From Escherichia coli (GTDB lineage Bacteria > Pseudomonadota > Gammaproteobacteria > Enterobacterales > Enterobacteriaceae): 64,000 bases of DNA. The notes beneath the pieces are model-generated. The model was given only the letters and a program-made list of their open reading frames with translations, was not told the origin of the DNA and did not search any database. Location: the NCBI RefSeq assembly GCF_024502345.1, contig NZ_JALDNN010000001.1; one strand, given 5' to 3'. The position numbers and the translations under genes were made by a program. This document shows, piece by piece, positions 22,910-34,635 of the stretch (position 1 is the stretch's first letter; each line of letters opens with the position of its first letter).

Positions 22910-25186
22910 TTAATGCGCTGCTTCCGCCTTGTGCTTTTGTGCACTCTGGAATCCGTAAGTCAGCTCATTTTTCTCTTTATCCAGCGCGACGGTGACCTGA
23001 CCGCCGTCCACCAGCGAACCAAACAGCAGTTCGTTGGCAAGCGGTTTTTTCAGGTTGTCCTGGATGACACGCGCCATCGGACGTGCGCCCATTGCCCGGT
23101 CGTAACCTTTCTCGGCCAGCCAGTTACGCGCTTCCTGGCTCACTTCCAGAGAAACACCTTTCTGATCCAGCTGAACCTGCAACTCGACGATGAATTTATC
23201 CACCACCTGATGGATCACGTCAGTTGACAGATGATCGAACCAGATAATGTTGTCGAGACGGTTACGGAATTCCGGTGTAAAGATCTTCTTGATCTCTTCC
23301 ATCGCATCGGTGCTGTTATCCTGGTGGATAAGACCAATGGATTTGCGCTCAGTTTCCCGTACCCCGGCGTTAGTGGTCATCACCAGCACCACGTTACGGA
23401 AGTCCGCTTTGCGTCCGTTGTTATCGGTCAGCGTACCGTTGTCCATCACCTGCAACAGAATATTGAACACGTCCGGATGCGCTTTCTCGATTTCGTCCAG
23501 CAGCAGCACCGCATGTGGATGCTTGATTACCGCATCGGTCAGCAAACCGCCCTGATCAAAACCAACGTATCCCGGAGGCGCACCAATCAGACGGCTGACG
23601 GTATGGCGTTCCATATACTCGGACATATCAAAGCGCAGAAGCTCAATGCCCAACGCTTTCGAAAGCTGTACCGTCACCTCTGTTTTCCCGACCCCGGTAG
23701 GGCCGGCAAACAGGAACGAACCGACAGGTTTATGTTCGTGACCTAAACCTGCACGCGCCATCTTAATGGCTTCAGTCAGCGCCTCAATGGCTTTATCCTG
23801 ACCGAAGACCAGCATTTTCAGGCGATCGCCGAGGTTTTTCAGGGTAGCGCGGTCACTCTGAGAAACACTCTTCTCTGGAATGCGTGCAATACGGGCCACC
23901 ACGGACTCAATATCCGCCACATTTACGGTTTTCTTGCGTTTGCTTACCGGCATCAGGCGTGCGCGAGCGCCCGCTTCGTCGATAACATCAATCGCTTTAT
24001 CCGGCAGATGACGATCGTTAATGTATTTCACCGCCAGCTCTACCGCCGCACGCACCGCTTTTGCGGTATAACGCACGTCGTGGTGCGCTTCATACTTCGG
24101 TTTCAGGCCATTGATGATTTGAACAGTTTCTTCGATCGACGGTTCAGTAATATCAATTTTCTGGAAGCGACGCGCCAGAGCACGGTCTTTCTCGAAAATG
24201 TTGCTGAACTCCTGATAGGTTGTCGAACCAATTACGCGAATTTTACCGCTGGAGAGCAACGGTTTGATTAGGTTAGCCGCATCGACCTGACCACCAGACG
24301 CTGCACCCGCACCGATAATGGTGTGGATCTCATCAATAAACAGGATGCTGTTAGTGTCCTGCTCCAGCTGCTTGAGCAACGCTTTAAAACGTTTTTCAAA
24401 GTCGCCGCGATATTTTGTGCCCGCTAACAGAGAACCGATATCGAGAGAGTAAATTGTACAGTCAGCCATCACTTCCGGCACATCGCCCTGAACAATTCGC
24501 CAGGCAAGACCTTCTGCAATCGCGGTTTTACCGACACCAGATTCCCCCACTAGCAGCGGGTTGTTTTTACGGCGACGGCAGAGAACCTGAATAGCACGCT
24601 CCAGCTCCTTCTCACGACCAATCAGTGGGTCGATTCCGCCCACGCGCGCAAGCTGATTCAGGTTCGTCGTGAAATTCTCCATACGTTCCTCCCCACCAGC
24701 TTGTTCTTCGCTGTTTGGCTGGCTGCCAGGATCAGAAGACTGTGTCGGCTCGTCTTTACGCGTGCCATGAGAGATAAAGTTCACCACATCGAGACGGCTG
24801 ACTTCATGTTTACGCAACAGATATGCCGCCTGCGACTCCTGTTCGCTAAAGATAGCGACCAGAACGTTTGCACCGGTAACCTCATTGCGACCGGAGGACT
24901 GGACATGGAAGACCGCACGTTGCAGTACACGCTGAAAACTCAGCGTCGGCTGTGTGTCGCGCTCCTCTTCACTGGCAGGCAGAACGGGTGTGGTTTGTTC
25001 AATAAAGGCTTCCAGTTCCTGACGGAGCGCAACCAAATCCACAGAACACGCTTCCAGCGCCTCCCGGGCAGATGGGTTACTGAGCAGCGCCAGTAACAAG
25101 TGCTCGACGGTCATAAACTCATGACGGTGCTCGCGCGCTCTGGCGAAAGCCATATTTAAACTGAGTTCCAGTTCTTGATTGAGCAT
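22910..25186 (-). CDS. clpA: ATP-dependent Clp protease ATP-binding subunit ClpA
   Basis: ORF 22910..25201 trimmed to [31 protein letters not shown]... (758 aa); two AAA+ modules ([16 protein letters not shown]). Confidence 0.96.
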   Translation of the reverse strand: MLNQELELSLNMAFARAREHRHEFMTVEHLLLALLSNPSAREALEACSVDLVALRQELEAFIEQTTPVLPASEEERDTQPTLSFQRVLQRAVFHVQSSGRNEVTGANVLVAIFSEQESQAAYLLRKHEVSRLDVVNFISHGTRKDEPTQSSDPGSQPNSEEQAGGEERMENFTTNLNQLARVGGIDPLIGREKELERAIQVLCRRRKNNPLLVGESGVGKTAIAEGLAWRIVQGDVPEVMADCTIYSLDIGSLLAGTKYRGDFEKRFKALLKQLEQDTNSILFIDEIHTIIGAGAASGGQVDAANLIKPLLSSGKIRVIGSTTYQEFSNIFEKDRALARRFQKIDITEPSIEETVQIINGLKPKYEAHHDVRYTAKAVRAAVELAVKYINDRHLPDKAIDVIDEAGARARLMPVSKRKKTVNVADIESVVARIARIPEKSVSQSDRATLKNLGDRLKMLVFGQDKAIEALTEAIKMARAGLGHEHKPVGSFLFAGPTGVGKTEVTVQLSKALGIELLRFDMSEYMERHTVSRLIGAPPGYVGFDQGGLLTDAVIKHPHAVLLLDEIEKAHPDVFNILLQVMDNGTLTDNNGRKADFRNVVLVMTTNAGVRETERKSIGLIHQDNSTDAMEEIKKIFTPEFRNRLDNIIWFDHLSTDVIHQVVDKFIVELQVQLDQKGVSLEVSQEARNWLAEKGYDRAMGARPMARVIQDNLKKPLANELLFGSLVDGGQVTVALDKEKNELTYGFQSAQKHKAEAAH

Positions 25187-25216
25187 AGGCACCTCCCCCA
25201 ATTTTTATGCCTGCAT

Positions 25217-25537
25217 TCAGGCTTTTTCTAGCGTACACAGCAATGGATGCTCATTCTCCCTCGCGTACTTGTTCACCATCGCCACTTTGGTTTCTGCAAC
25301 CTCGGCGGTAAAGACTCCGCAAATGGCCTTCCCCTGGTAGTGAACAGCGAGCATCAATTGCGTTGCACGTTCTACATCATAAGAAAAGAATTTTTGTAAC
25401 ACGTCAATAACAAACTCCATCGGAGTGTAATCATCATTGACTAATATCACTTTATACATAGATGGCGGTTTTAGCGCGTCGCGAACTTTTTCTTCCGCCA
25501 GTTGATCAAAGTCCAGCCAGTCGTTCGTTTTACCCAT
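25217..25537 (-). CDS. clpS: ClpA adaptor protein ClpS
   Basis: 106 aa [43 protein letters not shown]...; immediately upstream of clpA. Confidence 0.95.
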
Positions 25538-25859
25538 TGTCAGTTATCATCTTCGGTTACGGTTATCGGCAGAACGCCCTGCCGCTGACAAGAGCTTATT
25601 TGCCTGACCAATCTACTCCACATGATAGATAACTATCATCTATCGTTGGCATCAGCGACATCTGTCACATTCCTGTCAATAGCGTTAACTGCTTCAAATT
25701 TTTGATTCATACCTGCCCCCTGGCCCCTGTCAAATGCTTGACGGCTCGCCCTAATTCTCTAAATTGTATTTCTAGAGTTGGCGAGGTTTTGAACAGCCCC
25801 CTCTCTGACCCCGGTTTATTCCATCTTACTTGTATAAGATTTGCGAAGGATGTCGAAGC

Positions 25860-26084
25860 ATGGAAAAGGGTACTGTTAAGTGGTTCAACAATGCCAAAGG
25901 GTTTGGTTTCATCTGCCCTGAAGGCGGCGGCGAAGATATTTTCGCTCATTATTCCACCATTCAGATGGATGGTTACAGAACGCTAAAAGCTGGACAATCC
26001 GTTCAGTTTGATGTCCACCAGGGGCCAAAAGGCAATCACGCCAGTGTTATTGTGCCCGTCGAAGTAGAAGCGGCAGTCGCATAG
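25860..26084 (+). CDS. cspD: Cold-shock-domain protein CspD
   Basis: ORF 25830..26084 (TTG-extended) trimmed to MEKGTVKWFNNAKGFGFICPEGGGEDIFAHYS... (74 aa); CSD RNP motifs. Confidence 0.95.
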   Translation: MEKGTVKWFNNAKGFGFICPEGGGEDIFAHYSTIQMDGYRTLKAGQSVQFDVHQGPKGNHASVIVPVEVEAAVA

Positions 26085-26116
26085 CTCTTCTGTCTCATTG
26101 TGTACATCCTAAAGGC

Positions 26117-26146
26117 AAAATGCCAGCCCGATCGGCTGGCATTTTT
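26117..26146. terminator. Hairpin terminator between convergent cspD and macB
   Basis: aatgccagcc-cgat-cggctggcatt stem followed by ttttat; A-run on the opposite side. Confidence 0.7.
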
Positions 26147-26156
26147 ATCTCAAAAA

Positions 26157-28103
26157 TTACTCTCGTGCCAGAGCATCTACTGGATCCAGTCGTGCCGCAT
26201 TTCGTGCGGGTAACCATCCAAATAAAATCCCGGTGGCCGTCGAGCAGAGAAACGCCAGCAGCAGTGCCAACGGTGAAAAACCAATCTCCCAGCCGGGTAA
26301 GAAAAGCTGCAAGGTGAAAGCAATTAACAGTGACAGTGTTATTCCCAACGCGCCACCGACCAGGCAAACCAGTACGGCTTCGATCAGGAACTGTTGCAAA
26401 ACATCGCTTGCTCGCGCACCTACAGCCATGCGAATGCCAATTTCCCGCGTCCGCTCGGTCACTGACACCAGCATAATATTCATTACACCAATACCGCCCA
26501 CCACCAGCGAAATCACCGCCACCAGCGTCAGAAACAGTTGTAAAGTACGTGTGGTCTTTTCAACGGTTTTCAAGACGCCGTCCATGTTCCAGGTAAAGAA
26601 ATCCTTCTTACCGTGGCGCAGTGAAAGTAAACGCGTGAGTTGCTGTTCCGCCTCGGCGCTGTCAAATCCTTCTTTCACCCTGACAGTAATGGAGTTAAGC
26701 CACGACTGGCCCATAACTCGCCCGGACATCGTGCTGTAAGGTAGCCAGACACGCAGCACTTTACTGCTACCAAACATCGACTGTTTTTCTTCCGCCACAC
26801 CAATGACTCTGGCGGGCATATTGCCGACCAGAATCACCTCGCCAACCACATCTGCTTTATGGGGGAAAAGCTGGCGGCGAGTATTACTGTCGAGAACCAC
26901 TACCTGCGCACGACCGTTCAGCTGCTCCTGATTAAAGGTGTTTCCTTCACTGAAGGTCATGCCATAGACATTAAAATAATCGCCGCTCACGCCATTGGCA
27001 CTGGCAGCAACATCAACATTGTTGTAACGCAGGCGCAGGTTTTGCGAGACGGCAGGTGTGGCTGAAGCGACCCACGGTTGTTTTTGGATGGCGATTAAGT
27101 CATCGTACTTCAGCGCCTGCTGATATTGCGGATCGTCATCGCCAAAATCTTTCCCGGGGTAGACGTCAATAGTATTCGTACCAATAGAACGAATATCCGC
27201 CAGCACCATTTGTTTGGCGGCGTCACCTACCACGACAATGGAAACCACCGACGCAATACCGATAATAATCCCCAGCATGGTCAGTAAAGTACGCATTTTA
27301 TTCGCTGCCAACGCCCGCCACGCCATCGTCAGCGCCTCGTTAAAACCGCTGACAAACTGCCGCCAGCCAGACACCGTGTTGACAACAGGTTCCGTCCGTC
27401 CAGCAACATTCACTTTTTCAATGGCGGGAGGATTGCGCACAATTTCGCCGTCGCGAATTTCGATCACCCGCTCGGCCTGAGCAGCGACCTGCGGATCGTG
27501 AGTGACGATAATCACCGTATGCCCGCGATCGCGCAGCTGATGCAGGATCGCCATCACCTCTTCGCCTGAATGGCTGTCCAGTGCGCCGGTCGGTTCATCG
27601 GCAAGAATTACCTGACCGCCGTTCATCAATGCCCGCGCGATGCTAACGCGCTGTTGCTGACCACCCGAAAGCTGTGCCGGATAATACTCTGTACGGTCTT
27701 CCAGCCCCAGTCGTTGCAGTAACTCCTGGGCGCGAAGCAGCCGCTGTTTCCGCTCAAGACCGGCATAGACGGCGGGTACTTCAACGTTCTGCTCGGCGGT
27801 TAAATGCGAAAGCAAATGGTAACGCTGGAAAATAAAGCCGAAATGCTCGCGGCGCAGTTGCGCCAGCGCATCGGCGTCCAGTGTGGCAACATCCTGACCG
27901 GCGACGCGATAGGTGCCGCTGGTGGCCTTATCCAGACAGCCGAGAATATTCATCAGGGTCGATTTACCGGAACCCGAAGCGCCAACAATCGCTACCATCT
28001 CACCGGCATAAATATCGAGGGTGATGCCCTTCAGCACCTCAACCTGCTCATCACCGGCAGGATAGCTGCGACGAATATCCTTTAATTCGAGCAAAGGCGT
28101 CAT
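26157..28103 (-). CDS. macB: Macrolide export ABC transporter MacB (ATPase/permease)
   Basis: 648 aa; N-terminal ABC ATPase ([25 protein letters not shown]) plus C-terminal FtsX-like permease. Confidence 0.95.
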   Translation of the reverse strand: MTPLLELKDIRRSYPAGDEQVEVLKGITLDIYAGEMVAIVGASGSGKSTLMNILGCLDKATSGTYRVAGQDVATLDADALAQLRREHFGFIFQRYHLLSHLTAEQNVEVPAVYAGLERKQRLLRAQELLQRLGLEDRTEYYPAQLSGGQQQRVSIARALMNGGQVILADEPTGALDSHSGEEVMAILHQLRDRGHTVIIVTHDPQVAAQAERVIEIRDGEIVRNPPAIEKVNVAGRTEPVVNTVSGWRQFVSGFNEALTMAWRALAANKMRTLLTMLGIIIGIASVVSIVVVGDAAKQMVLADIRSIGTNTIDVYPGKDFGDDDPQYQQALKYDDLIAIQKQPWVASATPAVSQNLRLRYNNVDVAASANGVSGDYFNVYGMTFSEGNTFNQEQLNGRAQVVVLDSNTRRQLFPHKADVVGEVILVGNMPARVIGVAEEKQSMFGSSKVLRVWLPYSTMSGRVMGQSWLNSITVRVKEGFDSAEAEQQLTRLLSLRHGKKDFFTWNMDGVLKTVEKTTRTLQLFLTLVAVISLVVGGIGVMNIMLVSVTERTREIGIRMAVGARASDVLQQFLIEAVLVCLVGGALGITLSLLIAFTLQLFLPGWEIGFSPLALLLAFLCSTATGILFGWLPARNAARLDPVDALARE

Positions 28104-29215
28104 TGTGCAGCTCCTGGTTTGGCCTCACCAATCACCACTTCATCGCCCGCTTCCAGCCCTTTGACAATCTCAACATCGGTATCGTTACGTGCGCCAATCG
28201 TCACTTCACGCTCGCGTGTTTCACCATTACGCAACAATTTGACTTTATAACGATTATCGCCAACCGGATCGCCTAACGCCGACAGAGGGATCGTCAGCAC
28301 ATTTTTCACATCGGTGAGCTGAATATGCACTTGCGCAGTCATATCCAGCCGCAGCAAACCATTGGGGTTGGGGACTTCAAAACGGGCGTAATAGAAAATA
28401 GCGTCGTTAACCTTTTCCGGCGTCGGTAGTACATCCTTGATTTGCCCCTCGTAGCGCGTCAGTGGATCGCCAAGTACCGTAAACCAGGCTTTTTGCCCCG
28501 GCTTCAGGTGGATTACATCCGCTTCAGAAACCTGCGCTTTTACCAGCATGGTGCTCATATCTGCCAGCGTCAGAATGTTCGGTGCTTGTTGTGCGGCAAT
28601 CACCGTCTGGCCTTGCAGAGTGGTGATTTGCGTGACTTCCCCGGCCATCGGGGCAACGATGCGAGTGTAATCGAGATTGGTTTTAGCCGTATCGAGAGAA
28701 GCCTGATTGCGCTTGATTTGCGCGTCAATGGTGCCAATTTGCGCCTGTTTCACAGCCATCTCCGTCGCGGCGGTGTCGAGATCCTGCTGTGAAACCGCCT
28801 GCGTTTGTGCCAGACGTTGCTGACGGGAATACGTCACCCGCGCCAGTTTCAGCTCCGCTTCCGCCTGCTGCCGCTGCGCGCGTAGCTCCATCAGCGTTGC
28901 TTCGACCTCCTTGATCTGGTTTTCAGCCTGTTCAGGATCAATGACCCCTAAAAGCTGGTCTTTTTTTACTTTATCGCCAATCGCCACCGACAGCGTTTTC
29001 AACTGACCGCTGACCTGCGCGCCCACATCAACCTTACGCAGCGCGTCCAGCTTTCCGGTCGCCAGCACGCTTTGCTGTAAATCACCGGGGCGCACAATCA
29101 GTGTCTGGTAAGTCGGCACGGGTGCGTTAAGAATTCTCCATAACGTAATCAGTCCGGCGATGACTATCACCAGCGCAATAACGTAACGCTTCTTCACGGT
29201 TTTCCGCTTTTTCAT
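28100..29215 (-). CDS. macA: Macrolide export periplasmic adaptor MacA
   Basis: ORF 28100..29242 trimmed to [26 protein letters not shown]...; HlyD-like coiled coil; 4-bp overlap with macB. Confidence 0.93.
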   Translation of the reverse strand: MKKRKTVKKRYVIALVIVIAGLITLWRILNAPVPTYQTLIVRPGDLQQSVLATGKLDALRKVDVGAQVSGQLKTLSVAIGDKVKKDQLLGVIDPEQAENQIKEVEATLMELRAQRQQAEAELKLARVTYSRQQRLAQTQAVSQQDLDTAATEMAVKQAQIGTIDAQIKRNQASLDTAKTNLDYTRIVAPMAGEVTQITTLQGQTVIAAQQAPNILTLADMSTMLVKAQVSEADVIHLKPGQKAWFTVLGDPLTRYEGQIKDVLPTPEKVNDAIFYYARFEVPNPNGLLRLDMTAQVHIQLTDVKNVLTIPLSALGDPVGDNRYKVKLLRNGETREREVTIGARNDTDVEIVKGLEAGDEVVIGEAKPGAAQ

Positions 29216-29329
29216 AAATATTCTGAATACTCCATATGCCAATCCGGGTCATTAACTTCAACGAAATATCAACAAAACCCTAAAATTTACGTTAGTAATC
29301 ACACTATTGATGTTTGGTTAAGATACGCA

Positions 29330-30322
29330 ATGGTGAAATCGACGTCATGTATAACCATTGATTTCATGAATATGTCGCAGCTAACTGAACGGACCTTTAC
29401 GCCATCTGAATCTCTCAGCAGCCTGTCACTTTTTCTTAGTCTGGCACGTGGACAGTGTCGGCCGGGTAAATTCTGGCATCGCCGTAGTTTTCGCCAGAAA
29501 TTTTTGCTGCGCTCGTTGATTATGCCGCGTTTAAGCGTTGAGTGGATGAACGAACTTTCCCACTGGCCTAATCTCAATGTATTGTTAACGCGCCAGCCGC
29601 GACTGCCTGTACGTCTGCATCGCCCTTACCTTGCGGCGAATCTTAGCCGTAAGCAATTGCTGGAGGCGTTACGTTACCATTATGCGTTACTCCGCGGGTG
29701 TATGTCGGCGGAAGAATTCAGCTTATATTTGAATACCCCCGGGCTGCAACTGGCGAAGCTGGAAGGCAAAAACGGCGAGCAGTTCACGCTTGAGCTGACC
29801 ATGATGATCTCAATGGATAAAGAAGGTGATAGCACAATCCTGTTCCGCAACAGCGAAGATATTCCTCTGGCAGAAATCACGTTTACCCTGTGCGAATATC
29901 AGGGGAAAAGAACGATGTTTATTGGTGGACTGCAAGGCGCAAAATGGGAAATTCCACATCAGGAAATCCAGAATGCGACGAAAGCCTGCCACGGGCTATT
30001 TCCCAAACGCCTCGTGATGGAAGCGGCCTGTCTGTTTGCCCAACGTTTGCAGGTAGAGCAGATTATTGCCGTCAGCAATGAAACGCATATTTACCGCAGC
30101 CTGCGTTATCGCGATAAAGAAGGCAAGATCCATGCCGATTACAACGCTTTCTGGGAATCGGTTGGCGGCGTATGTGATGCTGAACGCCATTACCGCCTTC
30201 CAGCACAGATAGCACGAAAAGAGATTGCCGAAATCGCCAGTAAAAAACGGGCTGAATACCGTCGGCGCTATGAGATGCTCGACGCTATTCAGCCACAAAT
30301 GGCCACGATGTTTCGCGGTTAA
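29330..30322 (+). CDS. ybjX: VirK/DUF535-family protein YbjX
   Basis: 330 aa ORF at the K-12 ybjX position; exact start not verified. Confidence 0.8.
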   Translation: MVKSTSCITIDFMNMSQLTERTFTPSESLSSLSLFLSLARGQCRPGKFWHRRSFRQKFLLRSLIMPRLSVEWMNELSHWPNLNVLLTRQPRLPVRLHRPYLAANLSRKQLLEALRYHYALLRGCMSAEEFSLYLNTPGLQLAKLEGKNGEQFTLELTMMISMDKEGDSTILFRNSEDIPLAEITFTLCEYQGKRTMFIGGLQGAKWEIPHQEIQNATKACHGLFPKRLVMEAACLFAQRLQVEQIIAVSNETHIYRSLRYRDKEGKIHADYNAFWESVGGVCDAERHYRLPAQIARKEIAEIASKKRAEYRRRYEMLDAIQPQMATMFRG

Positions 30323-31977
30323 TCCGCGCGACCGCGCGCCAGCCACAGCACGCGTGAGAACATTTTTTTCAGCAGCGTCGGTACGGAGTCCACACCACGA
30401 CGTCCGGCCTCCATTGCCACTTCAATGGCAAGATCGGGTTTGGAAGAGCGATGGATCGCTTTCGAGATAATTTTGCGCAGATTCATCGGTACATTTTCCG
30501 GGATTTGCGCCACGCGGTGGAACACATCGGAAAATCCCTGGCGATACATAAAATGTTCCATATCCAGCGCCGGTAACGCCGTTAAATGTTCTCGTTCGGC
30601 TTCCCGATCATTATTCAACAGGCTGCGTACCGTAGCGGCATATTTCTTCCCTGCTTCATCGCCATCGACCAGTACATGCCATTCAATCCCCATTCGCCGG
30701 GCAAATTTAACCAGTGGCTTTAGCCCGGACTGGGCAAACTCAATGACCTTGATCCCTTCGGCATCAAAATGATGTCCGCACTGACGCGCCAGTTCATTGA
30801 TAACCCAGGTTTCCGTTTCCCCTTCCACCAGCAACCAGCAGCGAGCAAACAGCGATGACGGACGATTAAAACGAATGTGAAAAGAGATGCGGCGGCTGTC
30901 TTCGGTGCTCAAGCCACTTGGCCCCAGACGCCAGGCGGCAACGCGCGAGGACTCACGTACCAGGCGGCAAACATGTTCCACTGGAGTTAACGAAAGCAGC
31001 TCGCCAGAGTTGGTGGTAGCAATACGTTGTAAAGGCAAAAGATTCAACAGATGCCAGGCAACTGAAAGCATAATGGGGTGTAAACGCGTTTCTGGATCTT
31101 CGATCAGCAACAATGGACGGGCGTCTTTATCCAGTCGCAATGTGCCTTTTGCCTGCAATAAAGTAGCAAACAGGCCGAGCAAAATAACCCGATACGAGCG
31201 CCCTCCAGGTCGGTCAATCATCCGGTTGATGATGTCCAGATAGCGCCAGCTTCGTTGCTCATTGCTGGCCCGCCGCCGCATTAAACGATATCGCGCCTGT
31301 CCAGCCCCCTGCTCAGAGAAATAATGCTCAAGCAACTGCACCATTGCGGAAAGTCCCTGACGAATCTGTCCATCAGAGAGATTTTGCGGATGTGAGGACA
31401 ACTCACGGGCGAGGAAATCGAGCTGGCGCGCGGTGACTTCCACATTGGGGACATTTGGCACCGTGCCGTTACGAATACGGCGCATAAAACGGGCATCACG
31501 CAAGCGCAGCACCGGCATTAAACGCACCAGATGGCGTGCCTGATCGTTAATATCCTCAACATCAATCGGATGTCCGTCTTTATCGAGAAAACTGCGCAGT
31601 GTCATCACGCTGCCGTCTTCCGCACTCTCCCCTTCCAGACGATAAAAAATACGGTGATAGCCATCGGTGCATGGCGTCCAGCACGCTTCCAGCGGCCGAT
31701 AACGGCGAACCCGATGTCGGCCTGGCAGCGATTCGCGGAAGGTCAAAATAATATGCAGATGATGTTCCCGACCGTTGATATCTCCCGGCGGGAACCAGAA
31801 ATCGTCGCGCTCAAAATGGTAGAGATCTGATTCTGGCGATAGCAGCAAGGTTAAGGCGTCCAGCAAGCTGGATTTACCCCACGCGTTCTCCCCAATCAGG
31901 ACGTTGTTTTGTTCCAGCATCAACGACAAACGGTTGATACCGCGAAAACCCACAATTTCAACGCGCTCAAGAATCAT
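30319..31977 (-). CDS. ybjD: OLD-family ATP-dependent nuclease-like protein (ABC-type ATPase plus Toprim)
   Basis: 552 aa; N-terminal Walker A (GENAWGKSSLLDAL); C-terminal Toprim-like acidic motifs (CWLLVEGETE, HVLVDGDEAGKKY). Confidence 0.88.
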   Translation of the reverse strand: MILERVEIVGFRGINRLSLMLEQNNVLIGENAWGKSSLLDALTLLLSPESDLYHFERDDFWFPPGDINGREHHLHIILTFRESLPGRHRVRRYRPLEACWTPCTDGYHRIFYRLEGESAEDGSVMTLRSFLDKDGHPIDVEDINDQARHLVRLMPVLRLRDARFMRRIRNGTVPNVPNVEVTARQLDFLARELSSHPQNLSDGQIRQGLSAMVQLLEHYFSEQGAGQARYRLMRRRASNEQRSWRYLDIINRMIDRPGGRSYRVILLGLFATLLQAKGTLRLDKDARPLLLIEDPETRLHPIMLSVAWHLLNLLPLQRIATTNSGELLSLTPVEHVCRLVRESSRVAAWRLGPSGLSTEDSRRISFHIRFNRPSSLFARCWLLVEGETETWVINELARQCGHHFDAEGIKVIEFAQSGLKPLVKFARRMGIEWHVLVDGDEAGKKYAATVRSLLNNDREAEREHLTALPALDMEHFMYRQGFSDVFHRVAQIPENVPMNLRKIISKAIHRSSKPDLAIEVAMEAGRRGVDSVPTLLKKMFSRVLWLARGRAD

Positions 31978-32402
31978 ATCCCCTCCAGAAATATGTGACT
32001 TATCCTTTACGCTGGCAGTATAACGGGAAAGGCCTTGCTAATACGTGATGACATCACATTTAAGCATGGCAAATGTCTGAAAAATGAGCGAATAATCGCG
32101 TTATACTCCCTCTTGCTGATAAGTCTGCAAAAACAACAAAATCAAATAATTAGCATGATAAATTATTTTTTATTACGCCTAAAGGATTAAATCTTTTGCT
32201 TGCACTACACTGTCAATCAGACAAATGACTATATGGGGCAACCCGCTGTTGCCCTAAATCAAATTTACTGGATTTATTTATCTGGTGAATGACTCGCCTT
32301 CGTTTTTAAAATAGCCGCGCATTATTTCCGTCGTCACTTTTTTACGACGACCCTATAAAACGACCATATTTTTCACAGGGTCAATTTTTAATTGAGGTGG
32401 AT

Positions 32403-33098
32403 ATGTTCAGAAAATTAGCAGCTGAATGTTTTGGTACTTTCTGGCTTGTTTTTGGTGGCTGTGGTAGTGCTGTACTGGCCGCAGGCTTCCCGGAATTAGG
32501 CATTGGTTTTGCCGGCGTGGCGTTGGCGTTCGGTCTGACCGTTCTGACGATGGCCTTTGCTGTTGGTCATATTTCTGGTGGTCATTTTAACCCGGCGGTC
32601 ACTATTGGTTTATGGGCTGGCGGACGTTTTCCGGCAAAAGAAGTCGTTGGCTACGTAATTGCCCAGGTTGTCGGCGGTATTGTTGCAGCGGCGCTGCTGT
32701 ATTTAATTGCCAGTGGTAAAACGGGTTTTGACGCGGCAGCCAGCGGTTTTGCTTCTAACGGTTATGGCGAGCATTCACCAGGCGGTTATTCCATGCTTTC
32801 CGCGCTGGTAGTTGAACTGGTATTGAGTGCAGGTTTCCTGTTGGTGATCCACGGCGCAACCGACAAATTCGCGCCGGCAGGTTTTGCGCCGATCGCTATT
32901 GGTCTGGCCTTAACCCTGATTCACTTAATTAGTATTCCGGTGACTAACACTTCTGTTAACCCGGCGCGCAGCACCGCGGTTGCTATCTTCCAGGGCGGCT
33001 GGGCATTAGAACAACTGTGGTTCTTCTGGGTGGTGCCAATTGTCGGCGGCATTATCGGTGGTCTGATTTACCGGACCCTGCTGGAAAAGCATGATTAA
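32403..33098 (+). CDS. aqpZ: Aquaporin Z
   Basis: ORF 32397..33098 (GTG-extended) trimmed to [25 protein letters not shown]...; two NPA motifs (HFNPAVT, NPARS). Confidence 0.96.
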   Translation: MFRKLAAECFGTFWLVFGGCGSAVLAAGFPELGIGFAGVALAFGLTVLTMAFAVGHISGGHFNPAVTIGLWAGGRFPAKEVVGYVIAQVVGGIVAAALLYLIASGKTGFDAAASGFASNGYGEHSPGGYSMLSALVVELVLSAGFLLVIHGATDKFAPAGFAPIAIGLALTLIHLISIPVTNTSVNPARSTAVAIFQGGWALEQLWFFWVVPIVGGIIGGLIYRTLLEKHD

Positions 33099-33108
33099 TT
33101 AACGCAGA

Positions 33109-33137
33109 AGGCCTGGCGTAATGTCAGGCCTTTTTTT
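33109..33137 (+). terminator. Rho-independent terminator downstream of aqpZ
   Basis: aggcctg-gcgtaatgt-caggcct hairpin followed by T7. Confidence 0.8.
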
Positions 33138-33194
33138 AAGATGTTGTTATATGTTGATTCATCATCTTGTTGCGCTCCTTTCATGAGCTAAGCC

Positions 33195-33435
33195 ACATAT
33201 TGCCACTGGCGCAAGGAGCGCGCAGGGGGCGGCCAATCGCCGCCGCCCCCTGCCCCCCCGGGCTCTGGCGAACAAAATCGCCGCTGCGCGGTGCCCTCGA
33301 CTTATCCCTTACGGCTACCGGGTCGGGCGCGAGGTAACATCCCTGTAAAACGCGCCCTCAGCCCACATCCATGTGGGCTGCCCCGGCCTTCAGGGAACGC
33401 CTCGGCGATTTTGACGCCACCAACATCGGTGCAGT
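33195..33435. repeat. GC-rich cluster of perfect hairpins (unclassified intergenic structured element)
   Basis: Perfect inverted repeats cagggggcgg-N10-ccgccccctg and cagcccacat-cc-atgtgggctg; smaller ggcga-acaaaa-tcgcc and ggcg-attttga-cgcc; abrupt GC excess relative to flanks. Confidence 0.6.
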
Positions 33436-33592
33436 TTGTAATTAAAGCGCAAGAATATCTTTAAATGAAAACGAATACTCTACTGCTCCTTATGCATAAC
33501 ATTTCCTTTTAATTGCAACTTTACTCGTCCTTCCGCTTTCAGTAGTGTGTCATCGCGCATTTCGACTTCATCTTTGCAAGGACTGGGTTTTC

Positions 33593-34492
33593 ATGTTTTC
33601 TGGGCTGTTAATCATTCTGGTTCCCCTGATTGTGGGTTACCTCATTCCGCTTCGCCAACAAGCTGCGTTAAAAGTTATTAATCAGCTATTAAGCTGGATG
33701 GTTTACCTTATTCTCTTTTTTATGGGTATCAGTCTGGCGTTTCTCGATAACCTCGCCAGTAACCTGTTGGCGATTCTGCATTATTCTGCCGTCAGTATTA
33801 CCGTTATTTTACTGTGTAATATTGCCGCCCTGATGTGGCTGGAGCGAGGCCTGCCGTGGCGCAACCACCATCAGCAAGAAAAACTCCCGTCGCGTATTGC
33901 GATGGCGCTGGAGTCGCTAAAACTGTGCGGCGTAGTAGTGATTGGTTTTGCCATTGGTCTGAGTGGACTGGCTTTCTTACAACACGCGACCGAAGCCAGT
34001 GAATACACGTTAATTTTGCTACTTTTCCTCGTTGGTATTCAGTTGCGCAATAATGGCATGACCTTAAAGCAGATTGTCCTTAATCGCCGGGGAATGATTG
34101 TCGCCGTGGTGGTGGTTGTCAGTTCATTAATTGGTGGTTTAATTAACGCCTTTATTCTTGATCTCCCCATCAATACCGCGCTGGCAATGGCCTCCGGTTT
34201 CGGCTGGTATTCTCTTTCCGGTATTTTATTGACCGAATCTTTTGGTCCGGTAATCGGGAGCGCGGCGTTTTTTAATGATCTGGCCCGTGAACTGATTGCT
34301 ATTATGTTGATCCCTGGGCTGATTCGCCGCAGCCGCTCTACTGCACTGGGCTTATGCGGTGCCACATCAATGGATTTCACCCTGCCCGTTCTTCAACGTA
34401 CTGGCGGGCTGGATATGGTCCCGGCGGCAATTGTTCACGGTTTTATTCTTAGCCTGTTAGTGCCGATCCTCATCGCCTTTTTCTCTGCGTAA
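33593..34492 (+). CDS. lysO: Lysine exporter LysO (YbjE)
   Basis: ORF 33545..34492 trimmed to MFSGLLIILVPLIVGYLIPL... (299 aa); multi-pass membrane protein; K-12 synteny. Confidence 0.9.
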   Translation: MFSGLLIILVPLIVGYLIPLRQQAALKVINQLLSWMVYLILFFMGISLAFLDNLASNLLAILHYSAVSITVILLCNIAALMWLERGLPWRNHHQQEKLPSRIAMALESLKLCGVVVIGFAIGLSGLAFLQHATEASEYTLILLLFLVGIQLRNNGMTLKQIVLNRRGMIVAVVVVVSSLIGGLINAFILDLPINTALAMASGFGWYSLSGILLTESFGPVIGSAAFFNDLARELIAIMLIPGLIRRSRSTALGLCGATSMDFTLPVLQRTGGLDMVPAAIVHGFILSLLVPILIAFFSA

Positions 34493-34635
34493 TACCTCTC
34501 TGGCGGTAGATCCCTGCCGCCAAAATTGCGCTAAATCAATCTCCCTTAAAGTTGCATGAAAAATCCCTTTTATCCCCGCGTTAAGCGTCTTAACCTTAAA
34601 CATGTATATTAAATATAACTTTAAAAGGTGTGATC

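Noticed and set aside
29216-29329. PhoP box in the divergent macA-ybjX promoter region
   Set aside because: I could not find a convincing direct-repeat (T/G)GTTTA-N5-(T/G)GTTTA match by eye; only degenerate half-sites (tgtttgg), so not annotated.
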